A stretch of DNA of 64,000 nucleotides from positions 152,021 through 216,020 of the forward strand of contig CAXYCJ010000013.1 in NCBI GenBank assembly GCA_964275585.1, given 5' to 3'. The DNA comes from an uncultured SAR86 cluster bacterium (lineage in GTDB: Bacteria > Pseudomonadota > Gammaproteobacteria > Magnimaribacterales > D2472). The notes beneath the pieces were generated by a model. It was not told the DNA's origin and made no database searches. It worked only from the letters and a program-made list of their open reading frames with translations. Both the position numbers and the translations under genes were made by a program. Below are positions 10,752 through 20,410 of the stretch, piece after piece; the first letter of the stretch is position 1; each line of letters starts with the position of its first letter.

Positions 10752-12173
10752 ATGTCGCGCCTCTGTAAAATAGCCGGCTTAATTCTTATATTCATGACCT
10801 CAATAGCTCATTCTCAGACCACTGAGCAACCAAACCTTGGAGATGAAGTTTTATCAAGCGACGAGATTATCTTCGAAGATAACCTGTTTGATAATGTTTT
10901 TGATGAACAACCCAGTAACAGCAAAGATTCTTGGTTAGAGAATTTTACCTTCACCGTCAGCCAACAATTCTATGGCCAGGTTAATAATCACTCCGTGGAA
11001 CCACAGCCTGGTTTTTCTTTTCCACGTGAAGCAGATATGGAAAATAACCGATTAGGCATCAATATTCGTTATCAAAATGGCTTTGCGCCAGGGTGGCTAA
11101 TTCAAGCAAGCGGTCAATCACGAACTTACTGGAAACATGACTATGAGTTCGAGGCTAATAATAAAAAGATTGACGATGAATATCGTATAAATGAGTTTTT
11201 TCTACAGAGAAGTTTTGATCAGCACAGCATTAAATTTGGACGACAGACAGTTGTTTGGGGAGAGGCTGTGGGTAACTCTGTACTTGATGTGATTAATCAT
11301 TATGAATACAGAGACTTCAGTATCATTGACATCGAAGATGCTCGTCTCAATCAATGGATGGTCGTATGGGATTATTTTGGTGGAGATAGTAATTGGTCCA
11401 GCTTTATAAATCTTTATCCAGAATTTAACCCAGCACCTGTCCGTGGAAGCCCTTTTTTCTTAGCACCCGAATTTAATCTCACTGACTACAAAAGAGGCGG
11501 AGATGTTCTTGCAGAAGTAGGCACCCAATGGAGAAAATCATTCGACCTTAGCGACATTAGCTTTATGGCAGCTTATCTCTATGAAAATCAATTACGCTAT
11601 GATGCTCCAGTTTCTGGAATCGGTAATGCGGTGGTAAAAAAGAACGATTTTTTGCTTTTGGGATTTAGTGCCAATCGTGCAATCGGCCGCCTGCTGCTTA
11701 ACTTTGATTTAGCCTTTAGTCAGAATGTACTAGCAGATAGCTTCAATTTTCCTGGAACATCTGCTCTTTCTTCACCGCTAGATTTAAAGAAAGACCAAAT
11801 TGGCACTTCATTTGGCTTTGAATGGATGGTTGATAACGATCAAAGTCTGAGTTTAAGTATTCAGGCACAGAAGATGCTCGACGAAGACGAGGGTTTGTTG
11901 CCAGGGCAGCAGCTCGTTAACGAAGGCGTATTTGGTAGTTGGCTAGTGCGGTACAGCAATGTCCTACTTAACAGCGATCTTACATTATCATCTACGTTAC
12001 AAGGTGATCTAAATGGGGATTCGCTATTAGCATTGCTTGGTGTGCACTATACAATCAATGATAATTGGGCATTGGGTACTGAGATCATTAGCGTTAATGC
12101 GGCTAGCGCTTCGCCTTTGGTTTTCTTTGATGAAGACGTGCGAGTAGGTTTGACAATAACTTATTCATATTGA
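10752..12173 (+). CDS. DUF1302-like outer membrane beta-barrel
   Basis: Signal peptide, KFGRQTVVWGE..LDVIN and C-terminal aromatic YSY; usual partner of MMPL/LolA-like genes. Confidence 0.7.
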   Translation: MSRLCKIAGLILIFMTSIAHSQTTEQPNLGDEVLSSDEIIFEDNLFDNVFDEQPSNSKDSWLENFTFTVSQQFYGQVNNHSVEPQPGFSFPREADMENNRLGINIRYQNGFAPGWLIQASGQSRTYWKHDYEFEANNKKIDDEYRINEFFLQRSFDQHSIKFGRQTVVWGEAVGNSVLDVINHYEYRDFSIIDIEDARLNQWMVVWDYFGGDSNWSSFINLYPEFNPAPVRGSPFFLAPEFNLTDYKRGGDVLAEVGTQWRKSFDLSDISFMAAYLYENQLRYDAPVSGIGNAVVKKNDFLLLGFSANRAIGRLLLNFDLAFSQNVLADSFNFPGTSALSSPLDLKKDQIGTSFGFEWMVDNDQSLSLSIQAQKMLDEDEGLLPGQQLVNEGVFGSWLVRYSNVLLNSDLTLSSTLQGDLNGDSLLALLGVHYTINDNWALGTEIISVNAASASPLVFFDEDVRVGLTITYSY

Positions 12174-12217
12174 GCTTGAAAATTTAATTAACTGTTTTGT
12201 GTTACTCGATAGTTGCA

Positions 12218-12231
12218 GGACCCACCATTCA
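12218..12231 (+). repeat. attR-like copy of the tRNA 3' end
   Basis: 13 of 14 nt identical to 7014-7027. Confidence 0.65.
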
Positions 12232-12240
12232 AGTTTTAGC

Positions 12241-13659
12241 TCATGGCATTATGACTGCTTTAGTTTCTAGGCACTCTTCTAAGCCGTGAACGCCATGCTC
12301 TCTGCCATTACCTGAAGATTTGTAACCTCCAAAAGGTGCTCCCGTTCCTCTAGCACCGCCATTGATAATAACTTGGCCCGCACGAATTTTCCTTGCAACT
12401 TTGCTCGCATGTTCAGGCTCACCTTGAACGTATCCGGCTAATCCATATTCAGTATCATTGGCAATCTCTATAGCTTCTTCTTCGGATTCATATTTTAGGA
12501 TTGATAAGACTGGACCAAAAATCTCTTCTCTTGCAATAGTCATGTCATTGGTTACATTTGCAAATACTGTAGGCTTTACATAAAAACCTTTTGTGTAACC
12601 TTCGGGCTTTTCAACGCCACCAGCAACCAACATTGCACCTTCTTCAATTCCTATATTTATCATCCTTAGGATCTTTTCATATTGAGGTTTATTAGCTATG
12701 GGTCCAATTCTAAATTCTCCCTGAGGATCACCAACAGTGGTGCTGTTTGCTGTTTTAACTGCAAATTCAACTGCTTTGTCATAATTTTTTGCAGAAACCA
12801 GCATTTTTGTTGGCGCATTGCATGACTGGCCTGAGTTTAAAAAGCAATGTCCGGCACCGCCTCTAACTGACTTCTCAAGGTCTGCCACATCATCAAGGAC
12901 TATATTTGAAGATTTACCACCCAGTTCTTGGTGCACTCTTTTAACAGAAACCGCAGATGCTTGAGCAACAGCTATTCCTGCTTCAGTTGAGCCTGTAAAT
13001 GACATCATCGCAACATCAGAGTGATCTGATAAGGCAGCGCCTACTATAGGGCCATATCCATTTACCACATTAAACACACCATCTGGAACCCCCGCTTTAT
13101 CAAACACTTCTGCGAGAAGCAAAGCGCAATATGGAGAAATCTCACTTGGCTTTAAAACCATTGAGCATCCCGCTGCAAGAGCAGCTGAAGCTTTTGTTGT
13201 CATTTGATTCATGGGCCAATTCCATGGTGTGATCATTCCTACGACTCCAATAGGCTCTCTAATTAATGTGTAATCACCTTCTCTTTTTTCAAATTCATAT
13301 TCTTTTAGAGCATCTAGAGTCTCATGTAAATTTTTAATTCCTGTGGATGCTTGAGCTTTGTCTGAGAGCCAGAGTGGGGCACCCATTTCTTCTGTAATAC
13401 TTTGAACTAAATCAGCATACCTATTTACATATTCGGTAATAATGTTGTTTAAGATCTCAATGCGATCTTCTTTTGATGTTAGTTGATATTTTTTGAATGC
13501 CTCGGATGCTGCTGAGACTGCTTTATCAATATCGCCCCTTGTTCCAGCTGTAACATGTCCTATAAGCTCCTCATTTGCAGGATTGATAACCTCAATTTTT
13601 TTATTTGATTCTGATTCAACCCATGCACCATTTATATAAAACTGTAATTTATCTTTCAT
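12241..13659 (-). CDS. Aldehyde dehydrogenase family protein
   Basis: ITPWNWP, FTGS, ELGGK, catalytic Cys in SGQSCNA, EEIFGPV; ATG at 13659 follows AGGA. Confidence 0.95.
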   Translation of the reverse strand: MKDKLQFYINGAWVESESNKKIEVINPANEELIGHVTAGTRGDIDKAVSAASEAFKKYQLTSKEDRIEILNNIITEYVNRYADLVQSITEEMGAPLWLSDKAQASTGIKNLHETLDALKEYEFEKREGDYTLIREPIGVVGMITPWNWPMNQMTTKASAALAAGCSMVLKPSEISPYCALLLAEVFDKAGVPDGVFNVVNGYGPIVGAALSDHSDVAMMSFTGSTEAGIAVAQASAVSVKRVHQELGGKSSNIVLDDVADLEKSVRGGAGHCFLNSGQSCNAPTKMLVSAKNYDKAVEFAVKTANSTTVGDPQGEFRIGPIANKPQYEKILRMINIGIEEGAMLVAGGVEKPEGYTKGFYVKPTVFANVTNDMTIAREEIFGPVLSILKYESEEEAIEIANDTEYGLAGYVQGEPEHASKVARKIRAGQVIINGGARGTGAPFGGYKSSGNGREHGVHGLEECLETKAVIMP

Positions 13660-13714
13660 ACTCAAATCCTATTAATTTAATGCTTAGCCTAACAAATTAT
13701 CAAATACATAGATT

Positions 13715-13734
13715 AGGCAACCATATGGTAACCA
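13715..13734. promoter_or_regulatory. Tandem TGGT-N-ACCA operator-like motif upstream of the ALDH gene
   Basis: AGGCAACCA-TA-TGGTAACCA, same layout as 16854-16873. Confidence 0.55.
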
Positions 13735-13787
13735 ATAAGAAGAAAATAAAAAGCATGAATAACTGTAAACACCTTTAAAAAATAAAA

Positions 13788-14345
13788 TTAAACGAATGAC
13801 TGAGGTTCTCTCGAAAGTATTTCTTTAATCATTGGTAAAAAATAATCTAGAGATTGCGTTTCATAATTCGGATCAAATGATTCCTGATCCCACTTTGAGC
13901 AAAAATCTATGCAGTCCTGATAGTAAGGATGGTCAATATATTTTTCCCTTAAATTTCTATCTTTTTCATAATGATGCATCCAGTAATAACCTTGAAATAA
14001 TCCATGATGAAGAATTATCCAATAATTTTTCTCACTTATATACGGTCTTAAAACTGCTGCAGAAGCTTGAGAGTGATTGGATGGGGATATAGCATCACCT
14101 ATATCGTGAAGTAGAGCACAAACTATTGTTTCAGTATCTGCTCCATCCCTCTCTGCTCTTGTTGCTGTTTGAAGGCAATGTTGAAGCCTGCTAATTTGAT
14201 ATGGAGATTCATCATCCATCGTTTGAAGCCATTGTATTACTCTTTTAAATACACTTCTTTCATTCTTTGAATCATGAATTGCTATAAGATCATAATCTTT
14301 CTTAGTTCCTTCATCCATTGATATAAATCCAACTTTTTTATACAA
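13788..14345 (-). CDS. HD-domain metalloprotein (related to PhnZ/TmpB, candidate diiron oxygenase)
   Basis: H(CLQTA)...LLHDIG...H...HH...D metal-ligand pattern; 5 bp downstream of the BBOX-like gene. Confidence 0.8.
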   Translation of the reverse strand: MYKKVGFISMDEGTKKDYDLIAIHDSKNERSVFKRVIQWLQTMDDESPYQISRLQHCLQTATRAERDGADTETIVCALLHDIGDAISPSNHSQASAAVLRPYISEKNYWIILHHGLFQGYYWMHHYEKDRNLREKYIDHPYYQDCIDFCSKWDQESFDPNYETQSLDYFLPMIKEILSREPQSFV

Positions 14346-14350
14346 CTTAA

Positions 14351-15439
14351 CTATCTCCTTAAACTGTTATTTTTATAAAGAATAAAATTATTTTCTATAT
14401 TATCCATTTCATAATATGCGTCCTGGAGATGACGTTTGCCATTAAGCTTAAATTCATTCCTACCATGAAGAATTCGATGAGCAGAAACCAAAAGAATATG
14501 TCCTGCTTCAAGTCGAAATTTTGATTTGTATTTTTGGCTATTAATTCTTTTACATAGTTCATGATAAGCCTCATAAAATAAATCAACATTTTTCTTATGT
14601 GGATCTATCATTTGCATTAATTGATTTGAGTACCTGAATACAACAATCTCGTTATTAGCATTTAATCTAATAATTGGTTCATTTGTATATGTCTCATTTT
14701 CTTCATCAAATTCTCTAAATGGAACTGAAAAAGTACTTAAAATATTAAAATAGTTAGGGAAATCGTTTCTTAAATCCCTAACCACTGAATACCCATCAAC
14801 TATAATAGATTCTCCGCCTGTAGATTCATTGGCTAGCATATGGAGAGCCTGCACACTTGGCGGCCATGAATAACTAGCAAAATCATTATGTGGAGGGACT
14901 GCTAGCGAGGTATGCGCAATATTATATACATGACCATCGACAGATACATTGTGAATTCGCTCAAATAATACCTCCCTAATAGGGCCGAGCCTTAGAGACA
15001 GTTCTTCTAATGAGTTTGGAATGCATGGAGCATTTTTAATACATATTGCTCCTTTAGAAATAAAGTTGGAGATAGCATCTATGGCAGTATCATTCTTCTG
15101 AAGAAAATCATCCCAATTATAATAGTTAGGAATAAAATCATTAGTCCATAAAACTTTTTTAGGCTTTCTAGGTTTTTTTAAAAATTCTATATCTTGAAAA
15201 TTGATAGATGTCTTATGATCATCAGGCCAAACTATAATAATATTATTTTGATCCAGACATACGCTTTGGGGTTTTAAATCTACGGGGACAGAATCAAGCA
15301 TAAACCTCTTTTCTTGAGTTTCCTGCACTCTGCATTCATTGCAGGGGCAATTATCTCTTATCCATAGATATGGAAGCTCCAACCGTGCCTCTCTGTCATT
15401 TATCAAGTTGAGCGATGACTCATTAAGTTTAAAATTCAT
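14351..15439 (-). CDS. Gamma-butyrobetaine hydroxylase-like Fe(II)/2-oxoglutarate dioxygenase (TauD family)
   Basis: WIRDNCPCNEC...WPDDH zinc domain, HND facial-triad motif, RILHGR and RHLQDAY. Confidence 0.9.
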   Translation of the reverse strand: MNFKLNESSLNLINDREARLELPYLWIRDNCPCNECRVQETQEKRFMLDSVPVDLKPQSVCLDQNNIIIVWPDDHKTSINFQDIEFLKKPRKPKKVLWTNDFIPNYYNWDDFLQKNDTAIDAISNFISKGAICIKNAPCIPNSLEELSLRLGPIREVLFERIHNVSVDGHVYNIAHTSLAVPPHNDFASYSWPPSVQALHMLANESTGGESIIVDGYSVVRDLRNDFPNYFNILSTFSVPFREFDEENETYTNEPIIRLNANNEIVVFRYSNQLMQMIDPHKKNVDLFYEAYHELCKRINSQKYKSKFRLEAGHILLVSAHRILHGRNEFKLNGKRHLQDAYYEMDNIENNFILYKNNSLRR

Positions 15440-15461
15440 TTATTACACCTTATAATTAGGC

Positions 15462-15507
15462 GTCCCTTTTAGCAGCTCCTAGTGCGCAATCAGGACCAAA
15501 TCAACTA
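15462..15507 (-). ncRNA. SAM-II-class riboswitch (putative)
   Basis: Minus strand reads UAGU-U-GAUUU-G-GUCCU-GA-UUGC-GC-ACUA-GGAGCU-GCUAAAA-GGGAC, with P1 UAGU/ACUA and pseudoknot GUCCU..UUGC / GCUAA..GGGAC; ends 22 nt before the dioxygenase ATG. Confidence 0.75.
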
Positions 15508-15560
15508 TTTATCTTAGATAATACTATCCCCATCGTTAAAAAATTACAATTATTAATCTT

Positions 15561-16811
15561 TTAATGAATTCGGAATTTTTTTCTAAGACTCTTAATGCCG
15601 CTTGATTGCTGTACTTTTTTTGTTTTAAAAAATAATTCATGGTTTTTCTCTAATACATCAAGGTTATAAAGATAGTTAATCATGACGCCTTTTGATTGAT
15701 TAACCCCTTTTAAAGATAAATCAGCATTTAAATTTATCCTCTCTAAAATAGCCCCATTTCCTAAATGAAATTTAGCTACAGAATCATTGGGAAATCCATC
15801 TTCTCTATCTGAATCTATAAGATAAATTAATACTTGCTTAAGAAGAATATCTTCATCGATACTCTCATCTATAGATTTTTCTTTAAGCCATTTTGTAAAA
15901 CCAGGAGCTGGCGAAAGTGTTGCAAATTTATTGAGTCCCTCGATTTCTTGTTTTAATTGATGAGCTACATTTTTAATTAAAAAATTGCCAAATGAAATAC
16001 CTGAGAGGCCTTCCTGGCAATTTGAAATAGAATAAAAAACTGCTGTATTAATATCTTGATCCAGAGTAACGCTTCTATCAATCTTGATCACTTCATTAAT
16101 AGTCTCTGGCATGTTGTTGCTTAATGCAACTTCAACAAAAATAAGTGGCTCATTGGGTATTAGTGGATGAAAAAAAGCAAAGCATCTTCTATCTTCTGGT
16201 TCTAGTCTAGCCCTGAGATCATCCCAGGAATTAATTTGATGAACAGCCTCGTAAGCAATGATCTTCTCTAAGATATTGGCAGGAGTTGTCCAATCTATCT
16301 TTTGTAAAACTAGAAATGATGGATTAAACCAATGCTTAAATAAATCTAAAAGGCTTGCATCAAAGAATGCCAAGTCTGGATTGTCTTTTTTAAGAGATCT
16401 AATTCTCTCTCTGAGTCGGACTAATCTAAGGGTGCCTTCAGATGCTGTATTTAATCTTTTAAAGAGCTCGACCCATTGGGGCTCAGAAGCTCGAGAAATT
16501 ATCTCTAAGTTTTTTTGAGTCTTGTTTTCAGAATATTCTTTAGAGGCTTTTAATAAAGAATTAGAGTCTATGTCATACTTTTCTATAAGGGTATTAAAGA
16601 AATCAGTAAATTTTTTATCATCAAGAGCTTCTATTAAATTAGAAAGATGTTCTGCATATACCAATGAAGAAACTTCCCCACTTTTTGACATAACAGATTC
16701 TAAAGCCTTATTAATATCTTTATGCAGAATCCCAAAATCTCTTGAACGAAAATAGCCCCCCTTTATCGATCGGCTCATTATTGATGAAATTAGATTCTGG
16801 AAAAAGTTCAT
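15561..16811 (-). CDS. Malonyl-CoA decarboxylase
   Basis: YEAVHQI, DRRCFAFFHP, FYSISNCQ.GL.GISFGNFLIK and VAKFHLGNGA. Confidence 0.95.
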   Translation of the reverse strand: MNFFQNLISSIMSRSIKGGYFRSRDFGILHKDINKALESVMSKSGEVSSLVYAEHLSNLIEALDDKKFTDFFNTLIEKYDIDSNSLLKASKEYSENKTQKNLEIISRASEPQWVELFKRLNTASEGTLRLVRLRERIRSLKKDNPDLAFFDASLLDLFKHWFNPSFLVLQKIDWTTPANILEKIIAYEAVHQINSWDDLRARLEPEDRRCFAFFHPLIPNEPLIFVEVALSNNMPETINEVIKIDRSVTLDQDINTAVFYSISNCQEGLSGISFGNFLIKNVAHQLKQEIEGLNKFATLSPAPGFTKWLKEKSIDESIDEDILLKQVLIYLIDSDREDGFPNDSVAKFHLGNGAILERINLNADLSLKGVNQSKGVMINYLYNLDVLEKNHELFFKTKKVQQSSGIKSLRKKFRIH

Positions 16812-16853
16812 ATGCGATTAGAAATTTATCATATTCTAAAGAATTAATAAATT

Positions 16854-16873
16854 TGGTAACCAGATGGTAACCA
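16854..16873. promoter_or_regulatory. Tandem palindromic operator between the malonyl-CoA decarboxylase gene and fhs
   Basis: TGGTAACCA-GA-TGGTAACCA; resembles FadR/GntR-family TGGT-Nx-ACCA sites. Confidence 0.6.
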
Positions 16874-17020
16874 TTAATAAAAAGTAGTCTCTAGGCTCTG
16901 TTCTTATATTTGTTTTCAAGTAACAATAGTGCATGAAAATAATTTTTATGTAAGTATTGGAATGTAAAATATTTCCCAATATATATTATTTTTCTTAATT
17001 TAAAAATGTGAGAGTTTATC

Positions 17021-18694
17021 GTGAAAACAGATATAGAGATTGCTAGAAAAGCAGAACCAAGAACAATTGAGATAATTGCTGCTAAGTTAGGCATTAGCGA
17101 TGAATACCTTGAGCGTTACGGTAAATTTAAGGCTAAGGTTAACCTTTCAATTAATCGTGAAAAGCTCAAGGATCAAAATAACGGTAAATTAATTTTAGTT
17201 ACCGCAATATCTCCTACTCCTGCAGGAGAGGGTAAAACTACTACAAGTGTTGGCCTGGTCGATGGGCTGTGTCATATCGGTAAAAAAGCAATGATTTGTC
17301 TCAGAGAGCCAAGCTTGGGGCCATGCTTTGGTATGAAAGGCGGTGCTGCGGGAGGTGGATATGCTCAAGTAATCCCTATGACAGATATTAATTTACATTT
17401 TACTGGTGACTTTCATGCCATTGGAGCAGCTCATAATCTTCTCTCTGCGCTAATTGATAATCATATTCATTGGGATAATCAACTTAATATTGATCCTAGA
17501 AGAATTACTTGGAAGAGAGTGGTTGATATGAATGATAGGTCTTTAAGAGAAATTACATGTGGTCTTGGTGGAACTGGCAATGGCATACCTAGACAAAGTG
17601 GTTTCGATATAACAGTTGCTTCAGAAATTATGGCAGTCTTTTGTCTAGCATCAGATATTGACGATCTAAAAAAGAGAATAGGAAATATTGTTATAGGCTA
17701 TACAAGATCTAATGAGCCTGTAAGAGCAAAACAGTTAAACGCTGATGGAGCAATAACTGCACTATTGAAAGATGCATTTGAACCAAACTTAGTGCAAACT
17801 CTTGAGAATAATCCTGCATTCATACATGGCGGACCTTTTGCGAATATTGCGCATGGTTGTAATTCTGTTGTTTCGACCAAGACAGCATTAAAACTTGCTG
17901 ATTATGTTGTTACGGAAGCTGGATTTGGAGCCGATCTAGGCGCGGAGAAATTTTTTGATATTAAGTGTAGAAAATCAGGCTTAAAACCAGACGCTGTTGT
18001 TTTAGTTGCCACCACTAAAGCTCTAAAAATGCATGGTGGCATTAAAAAAGATGATCTTGGATCAGAGAATGTAGATGCTGTAACGATGGGCTGCAAGAAT
18101 CTTAAAAGACATATTGAAAATATTGGAAAATTTGGCGTCCCTGTCATTGTTGCGATCAATGACTATGTAACTGACACAGAAAAAGAACATGCTGCAATCA
18201 TTGACTATTGTCAAAATATTGGCGTTCAATGCAAAATTTCTTCTCACTGGGAAAAGGGCGGCAAAGGCGCAGCAGATCTTGCAGAAGAGGTTGCAAAAAT
18301 TGCTGATTCAAATTCTGCTGAATTTAAAACTTTATATGATAATAAAATGTCTCTGTGGGATAAAACTCAATACATAGCACAAAATATTTATGGTGCTGCA
18401 GACATAATTGCTGATAAGAAGATAAGAAATCAATTTCAGAAATTAGAAGATGATGGATTTGGCGAATACCCAATATGTATGGCTAAGACCCAATATAGCT
18501 TTTCGACAGATCCATTATTGATGGGTGCACCATCAGGACATGATGTTCCAATCAAGGAAGTCCGGTTATCAGCAGGCGCAGAATTTATTGTGGTTGTTTG
18601 TGGTGAAGTTATGACTATGCCAGGGTTACCTAAAATACCAGCTTCGGAAAATATAGACGTTGACGATAATGGACTAATTCAAGGATTATTTTAG
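17021..18694 (+). CDS. fhs: Formate--tetrahydrofolate ligase
   Basis: [35 protein letters not shown] and MTMPGLP. Confidence 0.98.
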   Translation: MKTDIEIARKAEPRTIEIIAAKLGISDEYLERYGKFKAKVNLSINREKLKDQNNGKLILVTAISPTPAGEGKTTTSVGLVDGLCHIGKKAMICLREPSLGPCFGMKGGAAGGGYAQVIPMTDINLHFTGDFHAIGAAHNLLSALIDNHIHWDNQLNIDPRRITWKRVVDMNDRSLREITCGLGGTGNGIPRQSGFDITVASEIMAVFCLASDIDDLKKRIGNIVIGYTRSNEPVRAKQLNADGAITALLKDAFEPNLVQTLENNPAFIHGGPFANIAHGCNSVVSTKTALKLADYVVTEAGFGADLGAEKFFDIKCRKSGLKPDAVVLVATTKALKMHGGIKKDDLGSENVDAVTMGCKNLKRHIENIGKFGVPVIVAINDYVTDTEKEHAAIIDYCQNIGVQCKISSHWEKGGKGAADLAEEVAKIADSNSAEFKTLYDNKMSLWDKTQYIAQNIYGAADIIADKKIRNQFQKLEDDGFGEYPICMAKTQYSFSTDPLLMGAPSGHDVPIKEVRLSAGAEFIVVVCGEVMTMPGLPKIPASENIDVDDNGLIQGLF

Positions 18695-18732
18695 ATATTA
18701 TGATTACAATTAAACTAAAAAGGAGAAAATAA

Positions 18733-19929
18733 ATGAAAATACTATGCATCTTATACGATGATCCAAAGGACGGAATGCCTTCAAGTTATCCACTAAAGGA
18801 ACTTCCTAAGCTAGAAAAATATCCTGACGGCATGACATTGCCAAATCCCAAAGGAAGAGATTTTACACCAGGCGAATTACTTGGTTGTGTGTCTGGTGAG
18901 CTAGGCTTGAGAAAGTTTTTAGAAGATAGGGGACACACACTAGTGGTCACATCTGATAAAGACGCCGAAGGTTGCACCGCAGATAAAGAACTAGTTGATG
19001 CTGATATTGTAATTTCACAACCATTTTGGCCTTATTACCTAACAAGAAAGAGAATGGAAAGTGCGCCAAATTTAAAAATGGCAATTACAGCTGGCATTGG
19101 TTCTGATCATGTAGATTTACAGGCCGCAATGGATCATAAGGTTGATGTCGTTGAGGTGACCTATTGCAATTCAAGGTCAGTAGCAGAACATATCGTTATG
19201 ATGATTCTATCTTTGGTGAGAGATTATCATAATCAACATAGGATAGTGAATGAGGGTGGGTGGCATATCGCCGATGCTGTGCAGAGATCTTATGATGTAG
19301 AAGGCATGAATGTAGGAACTATTGCTGCCGGTCGAATTGGCTATGATGTGCTAAGAAAAATGCATCCGTTTGATGTGCATCTACATTATTTTGATAAACA
19401 TAGATTGGATTCAGCGAAAGAACAAGAACTGAATTTAACCTACCATGATTCAGTTGAATCTCTGGTTGCAGTTTGTGATGTCATAAATATAAGTTGTCCT
19501 CTTCACCCCGAAACAGAGCATTTATTTAATGATGAGCTAATCAGCAAATGTAAACCTGGCGCATATATTATTAATACCGCCAGAGGAAAAATTTGCGATA
19601 AGGACGCTATTGTATCGGCATTAGAGTCTGGACAGTTAAGCGGATATGCAGGGGATGTTTGGTTCCCGCAACCAGCACCCAATGACCATGTTTGGAGAAC
19701 AATGCCACATCACGGAATGACACCACACACATCAGGCACCTCTTTATCGGCACAGACAAGATATGCCGATGGCGTTAGAGAAATATTGGAGTGTTTTTTT
19801 GATGGAGAAGAAATCAGAAATGAATATTTAATTGTTCAAGGCGGAGACCTTGCAGGCATGGGCGCTCATTCTTACACAAAAGGAACAGCAACGGACGGTT
19901 CAGAGGAAGCAGCTAATTTTAAAAAGTAG
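18733..19929 (+). CDS. fdh: NAD-dependent (metal-independent) formate dehydrogenase
   Basis: LLGCVSGELGLR, ISQPFWP, GIGSDHVD, AAGRIG, GDVWFPQPAP and TPHTSG. Confidence 0.96.
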   Translation: MKILCILYDDPKDGMPSSYPLKELPKLEKYPDGMTLPNPKGRDFTPGELLGCVSGELGLRKFLEDRGHTLVVTSDKDAEGCTADKELVDADIVISQPFWPYYLTRKRMESAPNLKMAITAGIGSDHVDLQAAMDHKVDVVEVTYCNSRSVAEHIVMMILSLVRDYHNQHRIVNEGGWHIADAVQRSYDVEGMNVGTIAAGRIGYDVLRKMHPFDVHLHYFDKHRLDSAKEQELNLTYHDSVESLVAVCDVINISCPLHPETEHLFNDELISKCKPGAYIINTARGKICDKDAIVSALESGQLSGYAGDVWFPQPAPNDHVWRTMPHHGMTPHTSGTSLSAQTRYADGVREILECFFDGEEIRNEYLIVQGGDLAGMGAHSYTKGTATDGSEEAANFKK

Positions 19930-19936
19930 ATAAGAG

Positions 19937-20410
19937 ATGAAAAATAATATTATCTCTGCTTTTGGAGGATTTTTATGCATTTTTGCACTTGCATATCTTA
20001 ATTCTTTCGATGCAAGCAATTTTTGGTTAATACCGCCTTTTGGGGCAAGCATGGTTTTAGTTATGTCGGCCCATGAAAGCCCTCTAGCTCATCCAAGAAA
20101 TATTTTATTTGGTCATATGTTGTCTGCCTTATCAGGAGTCTTTGTTGTTTTTATACTAGAGCCTTCTCCTCTCAGCGTAGGATTGGCTGTTGGTTTAGCC
20201 ATATTTTTAATGATGGCCACCAAGACCGTTCATCCACCTGCTGGCGCTAACCCTATCATTGCTGTTCTTGGTGCCAAAGGGATAGGGTTTGTCCTGATGC
20301 CAGTGGCAGTGGGAGCATCTTTTATTGTTCTATTTGCAATTATTTATAATAAATTATTAAAGAGGAAATATTTTACTTTTAAAGATTGGAGGCAGCTAAC
20401 TAGTTACTAA
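19937..20410 (+). CDS. HPP family membrane protein
   Basis: PPFGAS, SPLAHPRN and HPPAGA motifs; several TM helices. Confidence 0.93.
   Translation: MKNNIISAFGGFLCIFALAYLNSFDASNFWLIPPFGASMVLVMSAHESPLAHPRNILFGHMLSALSGVFVVFILEPSPLSVGLAVGLAIFLMMATKTVHPPAGANPIIAVLGAKGIGFVLMPVAVGASFIVLFAIIYNKLLKRKYFTFKDWRQLTSY

Larger units (their letters stand above)
7014..12231. mobile_element. tRNA-integrated cassette (MMPL, LolA-like, DUF1302) without an integrase
   Basis: GGGCCCACCATTCA (7014-7027, tRNA 3' end) recurs as GGACCCACCATTCA (12218-12231); enclosed genes look GC-richer than the flanks (not computed). Confidence 0.65.

Noticed and set aside
16891..17094. 67-aa minus-strand ORF in the spacer before fhs
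   Set aside because: It overlaps the fhs start and runs through AT-rich promoter DNA with no homology cues
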